From positions 1-47,045 of IMG/VR virus record IMGVR_UViG_3300016665_000672: DNA of 47,045 nucleotides; one strand, given 5' to 3'. Positions 25,225 to 35,030 of the stretch are shown in pieces. A program made the translations under genes and the position numbers. Every line of letters starts with the position of its first letter. Positions within the stretch are counted from its first letter, which is position 1. The stretch comes from a virus (lineage: Duplodnaviria > Caudoviricetes). The notes under the pieces are model-generated. The model ran no database searches. It was not told the DNA's origin and was given only the letters and a program-made list of their open reading frames with translations.

Positions 25225-26516
25225 GCTGGCCTCCTGCCGGCGCCGTAGGCCCGGAAGCGCTGATGCCACGCGGACAGGTGGTTGGCCGAGCCCGCGCCGG
25301 AGAACATGTCGAGCGGGCCCGAGCTCGGGTGCGTGCCCTGCGGCGCGCCCGATGTGCCGAGCGTGGTGACCGCGCCCCACGTCGTGCCGCCGTCGGCACT
25401 CTTCCGCGCCTTGACGACGCTCTGCAGCGAGCCGCCGCCCGCCTCCACCCAGTAGTCCACGACGTCGCCGCGCGACGCCGTGAAGCCGCTGGCCGTGGTG
25501 TAGCTCGCGCCTGCGATGACGATGGTGACGACGCCCGTCGTGCGGTTGATGCTCGCGTAGTTGCTCGCGTCGTAGCGCCAGAGGTACGGGTCGGCCGAGT
25601 AGTCGTTCGAGCCGCCGATGCTGCCCTTGAGCGCCATGCGTGCGTTGAGCCCGACGCGCCCGCCGCGCACGATGCGCGCCGCGCTGTCGAGCAGCACGCG
25701 GTCAGGCTGGCGCGTCGCCGCAGCGCCGGCAGTGATGATGACCTCGGTCGCGTACAGCCCCGCTTCCGCCTGCGCGAAGTCCAGGCAGACATCGCGCGCG
25801 CCGGCCGTCGTGCCAAAGGACGTCGTGCGCCCGTCGACCGACATGATGGTGATGCGGCCAGAGCTGCCCGACGTCGACATCCGCGCGATGCCGATCGACC
25901 GCTCCCACGTCGTCGAGAGCGTCGCGGTATTGGTGTGGTAGCTGCCGCCCGTCCCGTTGGTCGGGCTCGCCCACCATGCGTGAGACGTGGTGCCGCTTGG
26001 AGCGCGGCGCCACAGCGAGACGGTGAGGTAGGCCCCGTCAGCGAATGTCCCACGCGCTTGGTTGCGGCCGTAGATGCCTGATGCAGCCTGCTGCCGTGGC
26101 GCGTCTGCCGTGCCGTCGGGCCGCACCACACCCGATGCCGCGGTGTAGCTCTCGGTCCCCGCCGTCCATGCGGTGCCCGCGGTGGAGAAGTCTCGCGATC
26201 CCCACATCGCGTTTTCCGCGAGCGGCTCCACGACGAGCCCCCGCCCATACCCTGCGTCCCCGACCCGCGGGTCATCGACGCCGATCCCCGACGTCACGAC
26301 CGTGCTCGCCGACGTCTGCACCGTCGCCGCGCTGGAGCGCGTCAGGGTGAGGCCCACCACGCCGAGACGGCCGCGGATCTCCGTGGCGTTGGTCGTGGTC
26401 GAGAGCGGGAGCTGCTCGAGGAGGGCGTCCCAGATCACGCCGTCGTCGAGGCGCGACAGCACCAACGGGTGCCGGTCGGCCCACGACGGCTGCACGCGGC
26501 TCTGAAGGCGGCCCAT
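25212..26516 (-). CDS. Fibre/spike protein with lectin-like domains (head-spike-fibre-like)
   Basis: LTRSSAATV...DPRV...GLVVEP...N and AQAEAG...T..I.T......R..D pattern. Confidence 0.65.
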   Translation of the reverse strand: MGRLQSRVQPSWADRHPLVLSRLDDGVIWDALLEQLPLSTTTNATEIRGRLGVVGLTLTRSSAATVQTSASTVVTSGIGVDDPRVGDAGYGRGLVVEPLAENAMWGSRDFSTAGTAWTAGTESYTAASGVVRPDGTADAPRQQAASGIYGRNQARGTFADGAYLTVSLWRRAPSGTTSHAWWASPTNGTGGSYHTNTATLSTTWERSIGIARMSTSGSSGRITIMSVDGRTTSFGTTAGARDVCLDFAQAEAGLYATEVIITAGAAATRQPDRVLLDSAARIVRGGRVGLNARMALKGSIGGSNDYSADPYLWRYDASNYASINRTTGVVTIVIAGASYTTASGFTASRGDVVDYWVEAGGGSLQSVVKARKSADGGTTWGAVTTLGTSGAPQGTHPSSGPLDMFSGAGSANHLSAWHQRFRAYGAGRRPAWAA

Positions 26517-26520
26517 GGGA

Positions 26521-26880
26521 TCAGGCTCCGAAGATCGGGCGGGCTTGGATCGTTCCCGTGAGCGTGGGCGTGCTCCCGCCCGTGAACGCGACCGTCACGT
26601 ACACGCGGCGCGCGTGGAACTCGAAGATCTTGGGGATCGCGTTCGCGACGTCGGCCGCTGCGAAGTCGACGGTGCCGAGCAGGTCGATGCCCTCGGCTTC
26701 ACGCCAGACGCGGAGCGAGGTGCTCGTCGGCGCGCTCGGGTGCGAGGCGCCGTTTGCGAGCCGGATCTCGACACGCGGAGCGGTCTGCCCGAGGTCGACC
26801 ATCGTCGTCGCGGCCGGGGCGGTGGTCGCTTCGCCAACCTGCGCCGTCATGGTGCGGATGGTGGTCCATGCGGTCTGCAT
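26521..26880 (-). CDS. Small beta-sandwich protein (spike-base-like)
   Basis: C-terminus RRVYVTVAFTGGSTPTL resembles RFVRVVALIGGSATPTM of 39174-39896. Confidence 0.6.
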   Translation of the reverse strand: MQTAWTTIRTMTAQVGEATTAPAATTMVDLGQTAPRVEIRLANGASHPSAPTSTSLRVWREAEGIDLLGTVDFAAADVANAIPKIFEFHARRVYVTVAFTGGSTPTLTGTIQARPIFGA

Positions 26881-26892
26881 CGTTCTGGCTCC

Positions 26893-27819
26893 TCAGGAGA
26901 TGACGGTGAGCGTGAAATCGGAGTCGGCCGACATGCGCACGCGCACGACGCTGGCCGAGACGAGCTGCACGGCCGTCGACACGGGCGTCGTGCCGATCGG
27001 CGTGACCTGCGCGCCGACGATGGTCCCGATCGATGGGACCGCGGTGAAGGTGACCGTGTAGTCGCCCGCGCCGTTCTTCGTCACGACGGCGTTCGAGCTC
27101 ACGTCCTGATCGAAGGCCGACACGATCGCGCCTGCCGTCGAGACACGCACGAACCGGCCCGCGGTGCGCTCCGCCTCGCTGCGCTGGCCATCGTCGACGA
27201 GGCTGCCGCCCGACCACGTGTACGTGCGGACGGTTTGCGGCGCGAGCCGCGCCGATCCGGTCGAGACTGGCAACATGGTCCACGCGTAGTCGGTCAGGTT
27301 GACGACCGTGACGCGGTCGCCGGTGGTGCCGGCGGTTGCCCACTGCAGCTCCTGACCGGGCCCGTCAGCGGTGCCGACGAGGAAGACCAGCGACGCCCGC
27401 GACTGCTTCGCGTGGAGCGTGTACGTGCCCGAGTAGGCGGCACCGACGTCGACCACGCAGACCGTCGACTCGTCGAGCGACGGCACGTAGCGCGACGGCA
27501 CCAAGTTGGTGCCGTCGACGTTCAGCACCGCCAGGATCTCGCCAGGACCGATGCTGACAGAGGCGCCGGCGGCCGTCGCCTTGACGTACACGACCTGCGC
27601 CGTGGCGTTGCCTACCAGCCATTCGGCGCCGGCCGAGCGCTGACGCAGGATGACCGTGCGCGCAGCGGTCAGCGTGCCGCTCAGGCCGATCAGGCGAGCG
27701 GCCGTCTGCTCCTCCGAGGCGTACGTCGCCGAGGAGCTGTCGGAGACGGTCAGAGTCGCCGACCCGCCGAAGCGGAACAGCTCCTCGAGGTAGCCTGCCC
27801 GCTTGATCGTGTCGGTCAC
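26893..27819 (-). CDS. Tail fibre-associated protein
   Basis: LSGTLTAARTVIL...WLVGNAT...VYVK; follows the baseplate genes. Confidence 0.7.
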   Translation of the reverse strand: MTDTIKRAGYLEELFRFGGSATLTVSDSSSATYASEEQTAARLIGLSGTLTAARTVILRQRSAGAEWLVGNATAQVVYVKATAAGASVSIGPGEILAVLNVDGTNLVPSRYVPSLDESTVCVVDVGAAYSGTYTLHAKQSRASLVFLVGTADGPGQELQWATAGTTGDRVTVVNLTDYAWTMLPVSTGSARLAPQTVRTYTWSGGSLVDDGQRSEAERTAGRFVRVSTAGAIVSAFDQDVSSNAVVTKNGAGDYTVTFTAVPSIGTIVGAQVTPIGTTPVSTAVQLVSASVVRVRMSADSDFTLTVIS

Positions 27820-28673
27820 GGCCGCACCTGCTGAGCGATGAGGGAGAAGGGGTACATCACGCGAGTGGTGCTGGTCCCGTCACTCGTGATCTGCGCCTTG
27901 ATAATGTGCGGGTCGGCGCCGGTCCACGTGACCACGCCGGATACCGCCTTGCGCGTCTGCAGCATGATAATCGGCGGGACCTCGCCCGCCGCGAGCGCCT
28001 GCAGCTCGACCTCGGTCGATGCGATGCCAGTCGTCACGCCGAGCAGTTCGTAGGCGAGCCGGATTCGACAAGCCCCAGAGGTCAGAGGCGCTGAGCCGAC
28101 GATCGCGCGTGTCGAGAGCTGCGCGACGATGACGTCGTTGCCGTTGACGTTGGTGAACGACACCGACCCGCCCGCGACGTCCTGCCACGACGAGGACGTC
28201 GTGAAGTCGACGTTCGCCGTGAGCGTGCCCGAGAGCTCGGTCGACTTGTGCGCGATGGTCGCGTACGCCGGGAGCTGGGCAAGTCGGCCCGATCCGTTCA
28301 GAGTCGCCAGGCCGCTCGCGGCGGCACGCACGTCGCGGAGCTCGTGGAACCACCTACCGCCGTAGTCCGACTCGACGATCCAAGGCAGATCCTCGGCGGT
28401 GACCGAGCCCGAGTCGTAGTAGTAGAAGCCGGTCCCGACGTAGTAGCAGACGTCCCCCGTGCCGGTGACGACCTGCCCACGCAGGTCGCCGAGCGTCGTC
28501 ACACGACGCACGCGGCGAACGCCGATCGAGTCGACCTGCGTCTTGAGGTACTCGTCGCGATCGGCGAGCGGCTGGGCCATCCCGTCAAGGCCTGCGCCAG
28601 TCGCCGCCTCGCCGTCGTCGGGCGTGGGAATGGTACCGGTCCACGTCGCGACGGGCGTGATCGGAGTCGGCAT
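27816..28673 (-). CDS. Tail fibre protein
   Basis: QPLADRDEYLK baseplate-attachment motif; GLATLNGSGRL; directly after the P2-gpI-like gene. Confidence 0.75.
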   Translation of the reverse strand: MPTPITPVATWTGTIPTPDDGEAATGAGLDGMAQPLADRDEYLKTQVDSIGVRRVRRVTTLGDLRGQVVTGTGDVCYYVGTGFYYYDSGSVTAEDLPWIVESDYGGRWFHELRDVRAAASGLATLNGSGRLAQLPAYATIAHKSTELSGTLTANVDFTTSSSWQDVAGGSVSFTNVNGNDVIVAQLSTRAIVGSAPLTSGACRIRLAYELLGVTTGIASTEVELQALAAGEVPPIIMLQTRKAVSGVVTWTGADPHIIKAQITSDGTSTTRVMYPFSLIAQQVRP

Positions 28674-28685
28674 GGTCTCAGCTCC

Positions 28686-29369
28686 TCAGGCGATCGAGAG
28701 GTACGCGACCTTCGCGCCCGGATACGTGACGAGGTCCGGCTTGCCGTCGTTGACGCTGCCGGTGTCGATGATGTCGCCCGTGAGCACGACGATGATGTCG
28801 CCGCACCAGGCATGCGCGGGTCGCATGCGACGCACGATCTCCTTGGCCGCTTGGACCAGGCTCATGTCGCCGCTCAGCCCGTACTTCTTGCCCGACCCGT
28901 AGGTCGAGCCGGCGCCGTACACGAGCTCGGCATCGGTCCCGAACGGGTGTGGCTGCCGGATGACGACCGAGAACCAGCGCTGTTTGCCGGTGCCGGTGTA
29001 CCGGCCCCAGGTCGGATCGAGCGCCTCGCGGATCTCGACGTTCGTCATCCCGAGCAGCGCGAAAGCGTCGACGATGCCCTTGGAGGTGCCGATCCACTCA
29101 GCGAGTGACCACCAGGCGAGCAGGCGCGCGCGGTACTGGTCGATCGTCTCGCCCGCGACGCGGGGCCAGCCACGAAACTTGCCATGCTTGGCGAGCGCGT
29201 CGGGCGCGCACCTCGAGAGCCAGCGCTGGCGACGAGCAGCTCGAGCTGCATCGACCATCGCGTCTTTCATGATGCCGAGACCGAGCGCCCACGCGGCCCC
29301 GAACTCGCCGCCGTGCCATGCCGGGCGCGTGGCGGCCTGGTACTCGCGATAGGTCTCGATCGCGGGCAT
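28686..29369 (-). CDS. Baseplate wedge protein (P2 gpI-like)
   Basis: DAL..HG..RG..R..GET...YRARL......GT..GI and MRPAH; TGATG-coupled to baseplate J. Confidence 0.8.
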   Translation of the reverse strand: MPAIETYREYQAATRPAWHGGEFGAAWALGLGIMKDAMVDAARAARRQRWLSRCAPDALAKHGKFRGWPRVAGETIDQYRARLLAWWSLAEWIGTSKGIVDAFALLGMTNVEIREALDPTWGRYTGTGKQRWFSVVIRQPHPFGTDAELVYGAGSTYGSGKKYGLSGDMSLVQAAKEIVRRMRPAHAWCGDIIVVLTGDIIDTGSVNDGKPDLVTYPGAKVAYLSIA

Positions 29370-30556
29370 CAGGTCACCTCGGAGTACGTCAGCGAGCGCG
29401 TCAGCGTGGCGACCGCGTCGGAGGCGAGCACCAGGTCGTCGGTCTCGGTGACGTAGATGGTCGTGCCGTCGCTCTTCTTCGGGGTGAATGCGACCACGCC
29501 GGGCACCGACATCACGATCTCGATGAGCTGCGAGATGCGCACGCGGTCGCCGATCTGCAGCCCGTCGATGGTCTCGCCGTTGACGACGATGGAGCTGCCC
29601 GCGAACCAGTCGTCGAGCAGCGTGTTGATCGCGACCTCGGCGGCCGCTCGCTTGCTCGCGCGGACGGTGACGGTGCCCTTCAGCGTGAAGGCCGTCGTCG
29701 ACGCTGTCTGCACCAGCACCTTGATCCCGAGCGGGCGGCGCGTCTGCACGTAGGTGTTGACCGCCGTGACGACGCTGGCGCCGACGCCGCCGGTCAGCGA
29801 CGCAAGCGTGACCGTTACCGCGGGGCTCGGGTACACCGCCGAGGCGTCCTCGGTCACCTTCACGCGATTCACGGAAGCCGACGCGTCGAGCGCCCACTTC
29901 TTGTAGGCGTTCTCCGGCCCGTTGCTCGAGAGCGTGTCCCATTTGAGCGAGCAGCGGATCCGCAGCTTCTCGTCGCTCTCGTCGTCCGTTCCGGACTGCG
30001 TGATCCAGGCCGTCCCAGGCGCGACCACCAGCGTCACGCCGGGCACGGCCGTCGCGAGCTGCAGGTCGCTGCCCTGGACGTTGTACGCGGTGCCGATCTC
30101 CTGCGCCGCAATCGGAATCGGTGCCGACGTGCTCAGGGCCGACAGCGAGACCGAGCCGGTGTTGACGTACGTGATCGCCGCGTCGAGCCGCGAGACGAAC
30201 AGGAGCTCGCCGGCCGCCCAGGAGTGAGGCGTGCCGTCCGTCTCGGTGAGCGTGACGGTCCCGAGCGTCGGCACGCCGAGCTCGCGCTGCTCGTCGAACA
30301 CGTCGCTCGCGTGCACGGTGAGCACGTCGCCGTCGCAGTCCGCGGTGACGCCCGCCTTGGCGATGCCGGCGATCGTCACGGAGACGTCGGCGAGCACCTG
30401 GGCGTCCGCGGCGAGCGTGGCATACGGCTCGTCGAACGCGCCCCAGGACTCGACCGGGAGCTTGAACTCGGGGCTCTTGAGCACCTCGAGCTGCGTCGTG
30501 AGCACCTCGTCGCGCGACATCGGCGTCGTGAGCTGCTCGTACGTCGGGTCGGCCAT
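29369..30556 (-). CDS. Baseplate J / Mu gp47-like wedge protein
   Basis: GDVLTVHA...R; A...GTAYN; GTDDESDEKLRIR; G...AYKKWAL; RPLG..V.V. Confidence 0.92.
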   Translation of the reverse strand: MADPTYEQLTTPMSRDEVLTTQLEVLKSPEFKLPVESWGAFDEPYATLAADAQVLADVSVTIAGIAKAGVTADCDGDVLTVHASDVFDEQRELGVPTLGTVTLTETDGTPHSWAAGELLFVSRLDAAITYVNTGSVSLSALSTSAPIPIAAQEIGTAYNVQGSDLQLATAVPGVTLVVAPGTAWITQSGTDDESDEKLRIRCSLKWDTLSSNGPENAYKKWALDASASVNRVKVTEDASAVYPSPAVTVTLASLTGGVGASVVTAVNTYVQTRRPLGIKVLVQTASTTAFTLKGTVTVRASKRAAAEVAINTLLDDWFAGSSIVVNGETIDGLQIGDRVRISQLIEIVMSVPGVVAFTPKKSDGTTIYVTETDDLVLASDAVATLTRSLTYSEVT

Positions 30557-30563
30557 GGGTCGC

Positions 30564-30968
30564 TCAGCCTGCGGTGAGGATGGAGGTCGTGACCGCGGAG
30601 ACCGCGAGCACCAGCGAGAACGTGCCCTCGGCGAGGGTCAGGGAGAGCTCGACCTGCAGCACGTCGTCGGCGAAATTGAGCCGCACGTCGGCGCTCAGCA
30701 CGCGCTCGTCACGCTCGGCTTCGGTGGCGATGAGCTGCTCATACGTCGGGAGGTCTTGCGGGCGCACGCCCTCGGCGAGCCACCGACGGACGTCGAGCCC
30801 GGAGTCGGGCGCCCACCAGAGCGAGCCCCGCGGCGTCACGAACCGCCGTGCGACGGCGTGTAGGACGACCTGCGGGCCGGTAATGCGGCGGAAGTACGGA
30901 TCGAGGTCGAGACCACCGCCGGCGGTGCTCAGCGAGGCGACGCCGGTGCCGTAGTCGGTTGCCATCAT
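30564..30968 (-). CDS. Baseplate wedge / sheath initiator (gp25 / P2 W-like)
   Basis: RRFVTPRGSLWWAPDSGLD...DERV. Confidence 0.8.
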   Translation of the reverse strand: MMATDYGTGVASLSTAGGGLDLDPYFRRITGPQVVLHAVARRFVTPRGSLWWAPDSGLDVRRWLAEGVRPQDLPTYEQLIATEAERDERVLSADVRLNFADDVLQVELSLTLAEGTFSLVLAVSAVTTSILTAG

Positions 30969-31507
30969 GCCCCCGTGCGGAACAGGCCGGAGAACGTCGA
31001 GAACGTGGCCGGGTCTTCGGTGAGGTAGAGCGCGCCGCGGATACGGGCCGTCGGAAGGCCGCCGCCGGGCATGCCGCCAGAGACAGCGCCTCCGAGCTCG
31101 CCGCCGACCTGCGCCGGCGTGGAGTCGACCGCGAGCACGTGCAGGCCGCCCGCCGAGGCCGCTGCCGAGAAGGTGTCGACGATCGTCTGCAGCGACGCCC
31201 GGAGGGCGAGCAGTGCGCCGAGGTCGGCGCCGAGCGAGGCGTTGGCTTGCACCATCGCCGTCGGCACGCTCGCCACGATTGCGGTGATGGACGCGACCGC
31301 CGACGCCGCCGCCGCGGCGAGCTGGGCGGCGAGCGCGGTAGGATCAGGCGGAGTGGCGATGATCGAGGCGTTGGCGTCGATCTGCCCCTGCAGCGAGGCG
31401 ATGCGCGAGAGCAGGTCGCTGAGCAGCGACGACAGCACCGGCAGTGCCGCCGCGACGGCGAGGTTGGCCGAGCCGACCGAGTAGCTGCCGACGTAGGTGA
31501 CCGACAT
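30965..31507 (-). CDS. Ala/Leu-rich helical baseplate-region protein
   Basis: Coupled between the spike and wedge genes. Confidence 0.7.
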   Translation of the reverse strand: MSVTYVGSYSVGSANLAVAAALPVLSSLLSDLLSRIASLQGQIDANASIIATPPDPTALAAQLAAAAASAVASITAIVASVPTAMVQANASLGADLGALLALRASLQTIVDTFSAAASAGGLHVLAVDSTPAQVGGELGGAVSGGMPGGGLPTARIRGALYLTEDPATFSTFSGLFRTGA

Positions 31508-32646
31508 CAGCCTGCCTTGACCGTGGCGGAGCCGCGGAGCACGTACCCGGAGACCGGGACCGATGGGCCTGCAGGGCTTACTGCGAGCGCGGCAATCGCC
31601 TTCGCCGCGACCAGGTCGACGAGCACCACAGCGGGGTCGCCCTCGCGGGTCACGGGTCGGTCACCGTTGAGTCGGATCGAGGTCGCCGAGACCGTGAGCT
31701 CGGTCACGGCTGCCGACTCCCACACCGTCGCGATCGGCGTCTGCGGGTCGCCGCCGGCGAACTCGATGAGCACGCGGGCGCCGGTGGCGACCTTGGCCGA
31801 GACGCCCGGCACGCCGTAGCGGATCGGCACGCCGGTCATCGGCGGGAGCCGCGGCGAGTCGGGGCGCACCTCGAGGGAGCCGTCGGCGGCCTGCGAGACC
31901 ACGCGCGCGGGGTAGGCGGCGAGCGTGTCGATGCGAGGACCGACCAGGCGCTCGACGAGACGGGTGACCGCCGCGGCGATGCCCTTGCCCTCGCTCTGCG
32001 CCCAGTGGACCTCGGCACGCACCGAGTCGGAGTGAATCAGGTACCGCACGAGGCCGACGCGCCGGCCCTGGGTGGTCGTGCCGGCGTCGAGGGTGAGGTC
32101 TTCGCCCGCGAGCTCGGCGACGTCCTCGTCGCCGCGGTTATCCTGCGTGACCGTCGTCGTCGAGACCACCGACCAGGCCGGGGTGCCGATCCACACCGTG
32201 CCGTCAGCCATGTGCCGCCAGATAGCCCCAGAACCGAACACGGCGAGCACCTGGTCGAGGAGTGCCGCCGCGGTGCCCCTCAGGCGCGCCCAGACGGGCA
32301 CGGGCCGCGAGAGCACCGAGGAGTCGGACGACGTCGAAAGCGTCTCGCCTGCGGCCGCCAGGAGGGCGGATACGACCGCCCGGAGGGTGACCCCCCGGAC
32401 GAAGGCGGGGGCGAGCTCCTTGGTCATACCGCCCCTGCCAGCGACGATGCGGCATCGCTGCCGGTCGTTCCAGCTCGTCGACTGCACGACGGTGCCGACG
32501 AGCGAGACGCCGCCGCCCGTGAGCGTCACACGCCCGCTCGGGGCCGCGTCGGCGTCAATCTCGAGGTCTGCCGTCCACGACCCGCGGAGGGGGCGAGAAA
32601 GCTCGCCAGACATCACGGGAGCGTCGCCGAGTTGCATGAGCGCCAT
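31507..32646 (-). CDS. Baseplate hub plus central-spike (OB-fold) fusion
   Basis: N-terminal hub-like TLRAVVSALL...W...DGTVWIG; C-terminal YPARVV...GVPIRYG...GARVLIEFAGGDP..P...W and VTREGD. Confidence 0.7.
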   Translation of the reverse strand: MALMQLGDAPVMSGELSRPLRGSWTADLEIDADAAPSGRVTLTGGGVSLVGTVVQSTSWNDRQRCRIVAGRGGMTKELAPAFVRGVTLRAVVSALLAAAGETLSTSSDSSVLSRPVPVWARLRGTAAALLDQVLAVFGSGAIWRHMADGTVWIGTPAWSVVSTTTVTQDNRGDEDVAELAGEDLTLDAGTTTQGRRVGLVRYLIHSDSVRAEVHWAQSEGKGIAAAVTRLVERLVGPRIDTLAAYPARVVSQAADGSLEVRPDSPRLPPMTGVPIRYGVPGVSAKVATGARVLIEFAGGDPQTPIATVWESAAVTELTVSATSIRLNGDRPVTREGDPAVVLVDLVAAKAIAALAVSPAGPSVPVSGYVLRGSATVKAG

Positions 32647-32649
32647 GGG

Positions 32650-33288
32650 TCAGGGCTTCGCCTTGGCGGCGCTCGGGGGTTGCGGCAGCTGCGGAGACGT
32701 CGTCGAGGTCGGGGCAGCACCCTTCGCGCCCGAGAACACGTCGGGCACGCCGTTGAGCAGGTCGCCCTGCATCGGCTTCGACACGTTCACCTTCAGCGGC
32801 GGGGCGTACTGGATGCACGACCACGCCATCACGTAGGACTTGTCGTCCTGCTCCTCGGGCCAGTCGATCTCCTCGACCACCATCGCGTCGACGCGGGCTC
32901 GCGCGAGCATCTGGTGGTCGATGGCGATCGGCGACGCGCCGCGAGTCGTGGTCGTGACGCCGCCCTTCGTCTCCGTCTTGCCGACGCCACCCGAGGCCGC
33001 GAACGCAAGGTCGGCGAGCGCGACGAGCATCGCGTAGGACTCTTCGTGGTCGCCTGGCTCGCGACCGCCGTGGCCGCCTCGGAACTCGAGCGAGAACCGC
33101 GCGAGCTTGCGCCCCTGGTGCGTGATGGAGGCGCCGTTGATGCCGGCGGCCTCCTTCACGTCGAGGTTCACGGCGGTCTTCAGCCCGCGCACGCGGATGA
33201 TGACGCGGCGGGGATCGATGTCGAGCCCGCCGATCTTGACCCCGTTGGAGTCGGGAGCGTTCGGCGGGAAGAACGCGCGAGAGGGCAT
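32650..33288 (-). CDS. Tail tube initiator-like protein
   Basis: Position directly after the tape measure gene; DVKEAAGINGASITHQG. Confidence 0.6.
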   Translation of the reverse strand: MPSRAFFPPNAPDSNGVKIGGLDIDPRRVIIRVRGLKTAVNLDVKEAAGINGASITHQGRKLARFSLEFRGGHGGREPGDHEESYAMLVALADLAFAASGGVGKTETKGGVTTTTRGASPIAIDHQMLARARVDAMVVEEIDWPEEQDDKSYVMAWSCIQYAPPLKVNVSKPMQGDLLNGVPDVFSGAKGAAPTSTTSPQLPQPPSAAKAKP

Positions 33289-33289
33289 G

Positions 33290-35020
33290 TCAGACTCCGC
33301 CGAGGTTCGCGAGTTCGAGCTGCCTGGTCATCTCGCGCCCGAACCCTCGCGCCATGTCGCGAGCGTTCCTGGCCTCCTGCACGATGATGTCGCCGAACTG
33401 GATGGACGATCGACGGCTGTTGTCGGCCATCGAGCGCGTCGAGCTCATCGTCATGTTCGACACCGACGCGAGGCCAGACGCGACCGTGCCCTGCAGGCCG
33501 TCGGAGATCGTGTCGTTGACCGAGGGCAGGGCGCCCACGAATCCGGCGCCGACACCCTCCGCCGACCACCGCCCGACCGGCATGAACTTCTTCGCCGGGC
33601 TGGCGATGCCGAGCGCCTTCTTGGCCGCGTCGGGCAGCAGGTCGAGCAGGCCCTTGAGCTTGCTGATGACGTTGGCCCATCGGGCTTTGATACCCTCGAG
33701 GAACCCGTCGGCGACGTTGCCGCCCCAGTTCTTCGCGCGCGTGACCAGGTCGCCGAGCGCCGTCGCGATCTTCGGCACGGCGTCGGCGACCGACTTGCCG
33801 ACGCTGTAGATCCAGATCCCGAGGCCCATGATCGGGTTGAGCCCAGCGACCACGGACGCGGCCCAGCCGCCGAGGATCACGCTGCCGCGCTTGAACTCCG
33901 CCCAGAGGAAGCGGACGTTGTCACCGAACCCGGTGAATGCGTCGGTCACCGTGATGACCGCGCCGCCGACGATGCCGAGCGCCTTGATGATCTTCGGCGC
34001 CGCGTCGAGCACGCCCGAGAGCGTCTTAGAGAGCTTCTCGATACCCTCCGGCGTCGCCCACGACTGCAGCAGCCCGCCGATCTTGGTGAACGCGGTATCG
34101 AGCGCGCCGATGATGCGCTTGCCGTTGGGGCCGTCGGGGTCGAGCTCGCCGAGGAGCTTCTGCAGCGTGCCCTTGAGCGGCGAGTCATCGGCAGTGAGCC
34201 TCAGTGCGAATTGCTGCGGGAGATTCTTGAGCTTCTCGACCAAGCCGCTCGCGGTGTTGGCGTACTCCGCGAGCTTCTCGCCGGTCTTCGTGCTGTTCGT
34301 GCGCTGGTTGATGGCGTCGAGGAGGCCGATGAGACCGACCTGGGCGTTGACGCGCCCAGAGCCGATCAGCATCTCGACCTCTTTCGCGTTCTTCCCGATC
34401 TTCTTGCCGATCGCCTCGTAGGCGAGCGTCAGGTTCAGACCGGCAGCGCTGACAGCAGACTGGAAGTCACCGAGCTCGAGCTTCGCCTTCGCGCGGATGG
34501 CCCCAAACGCGCCGACCAGCGCGTCGGGGTTGATGTTCGGCGTGACCAGCTTGAGGTCGCCGAAGGCCTGCAGCAGTTTCTCGGCGTCCGACGCCGAGAA
34601 GCCGCTCGCGAGAGCGTTGTTGAAGCGCTTGATCGCGTCGGTCGGGTCTTCGCCGAAGTAGTGGGCGAAGTCGAGCATGCGCTTGTAGGCGCCTGCCGCG
34701 GCCTGGTCGCTCTTGAGCAACGCGCGCGTCGCGATGAGCGTCGAGTCCTTGAACCCGATGGCGTCGGCGACGAGCTTGCCGCCCGCGACGATGAGACCAC
34801 CGGTCGCCGTGGCGAGACCGAGCGCCGCCCACTTGGCGACCTTCGGGGCGACCTCGACGATCTTGTCGCCGAGCGCCGTAAGCCCCTTCGTCGCGACCTT
34901 CAGCCCCTTGTCGCCGAGCTTCTTGGCTGCGTCGGTGAACTTCCCGAAGGTGCCCGCGATCTTCTTGCCCGCGGGCGAGACCTTGTCGATCAGCTCCAGC
35001 GCCCATTTCACTGAGTCCAT
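33290..35020 (-). CDS. Tape measure protein
   Basis: 576 aa, helical, Ala/Gly/Lys-rich with a hydrophobic stretch; follows the chaperone genes. Confidence 0.88.
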   Translation of the reverse strand: MDSVKWALELIDKVSPAGKKIAGTFGKFTDAAKKLGDKGLKVATKGLTALGDKIVEVAPKVAKWAALGLATATGGLIVAGGKLVADAIGFKDSTLIATRALLKSDQAAAGAYKRMLDFAHYFGEDPTDAIKRFNNALASGFSASDAEKLLQAFGDLKLVTPNINPDALVGAFGAIRAKAKLELGDFQSAVSAAGLNLTLAYEAIGKKIGKNAKEVEMLIGSGRVNAQVGLIGLLDAINQRTNSTKTGEKLAEYANTASGLVEKLKNLPQQFALRLTADDSPLKGTLQKLLGELDPDGPNGKRIIGALDTAFTKIGGLLQSWATPEGIEKLSKTLSGVLDAAPKIIKALGIVGGAVITVTDAFTGFGDNVRFLWAEFKRGSVILGGWAASVVAGLNPIMGLGIWIYSVGKSVADAVPKIATALGDLVTRAKNWGGNVADGFLEGIKARWANVISKLKGLLDLLPDAAKKALGIASPAKKFMPVGRWSAEGVGAGFVGALPSVNDTISDGLQGTVASGLASVSNMTMSSTRSMADNSRRSSIQFGDIIVQEARNARDMARGFGREMTRQLELANLGGV

Positions 35021-35030
35021 GGCGCCTCGC

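Noticed and set aside
19713-28673. Diversity-generating retroelement or invertible fibre cassette
   Set aside because: No reverse transcriptase or serine invertase, no template/variable repeat pair noticed, and all fibre genes are on one strand.
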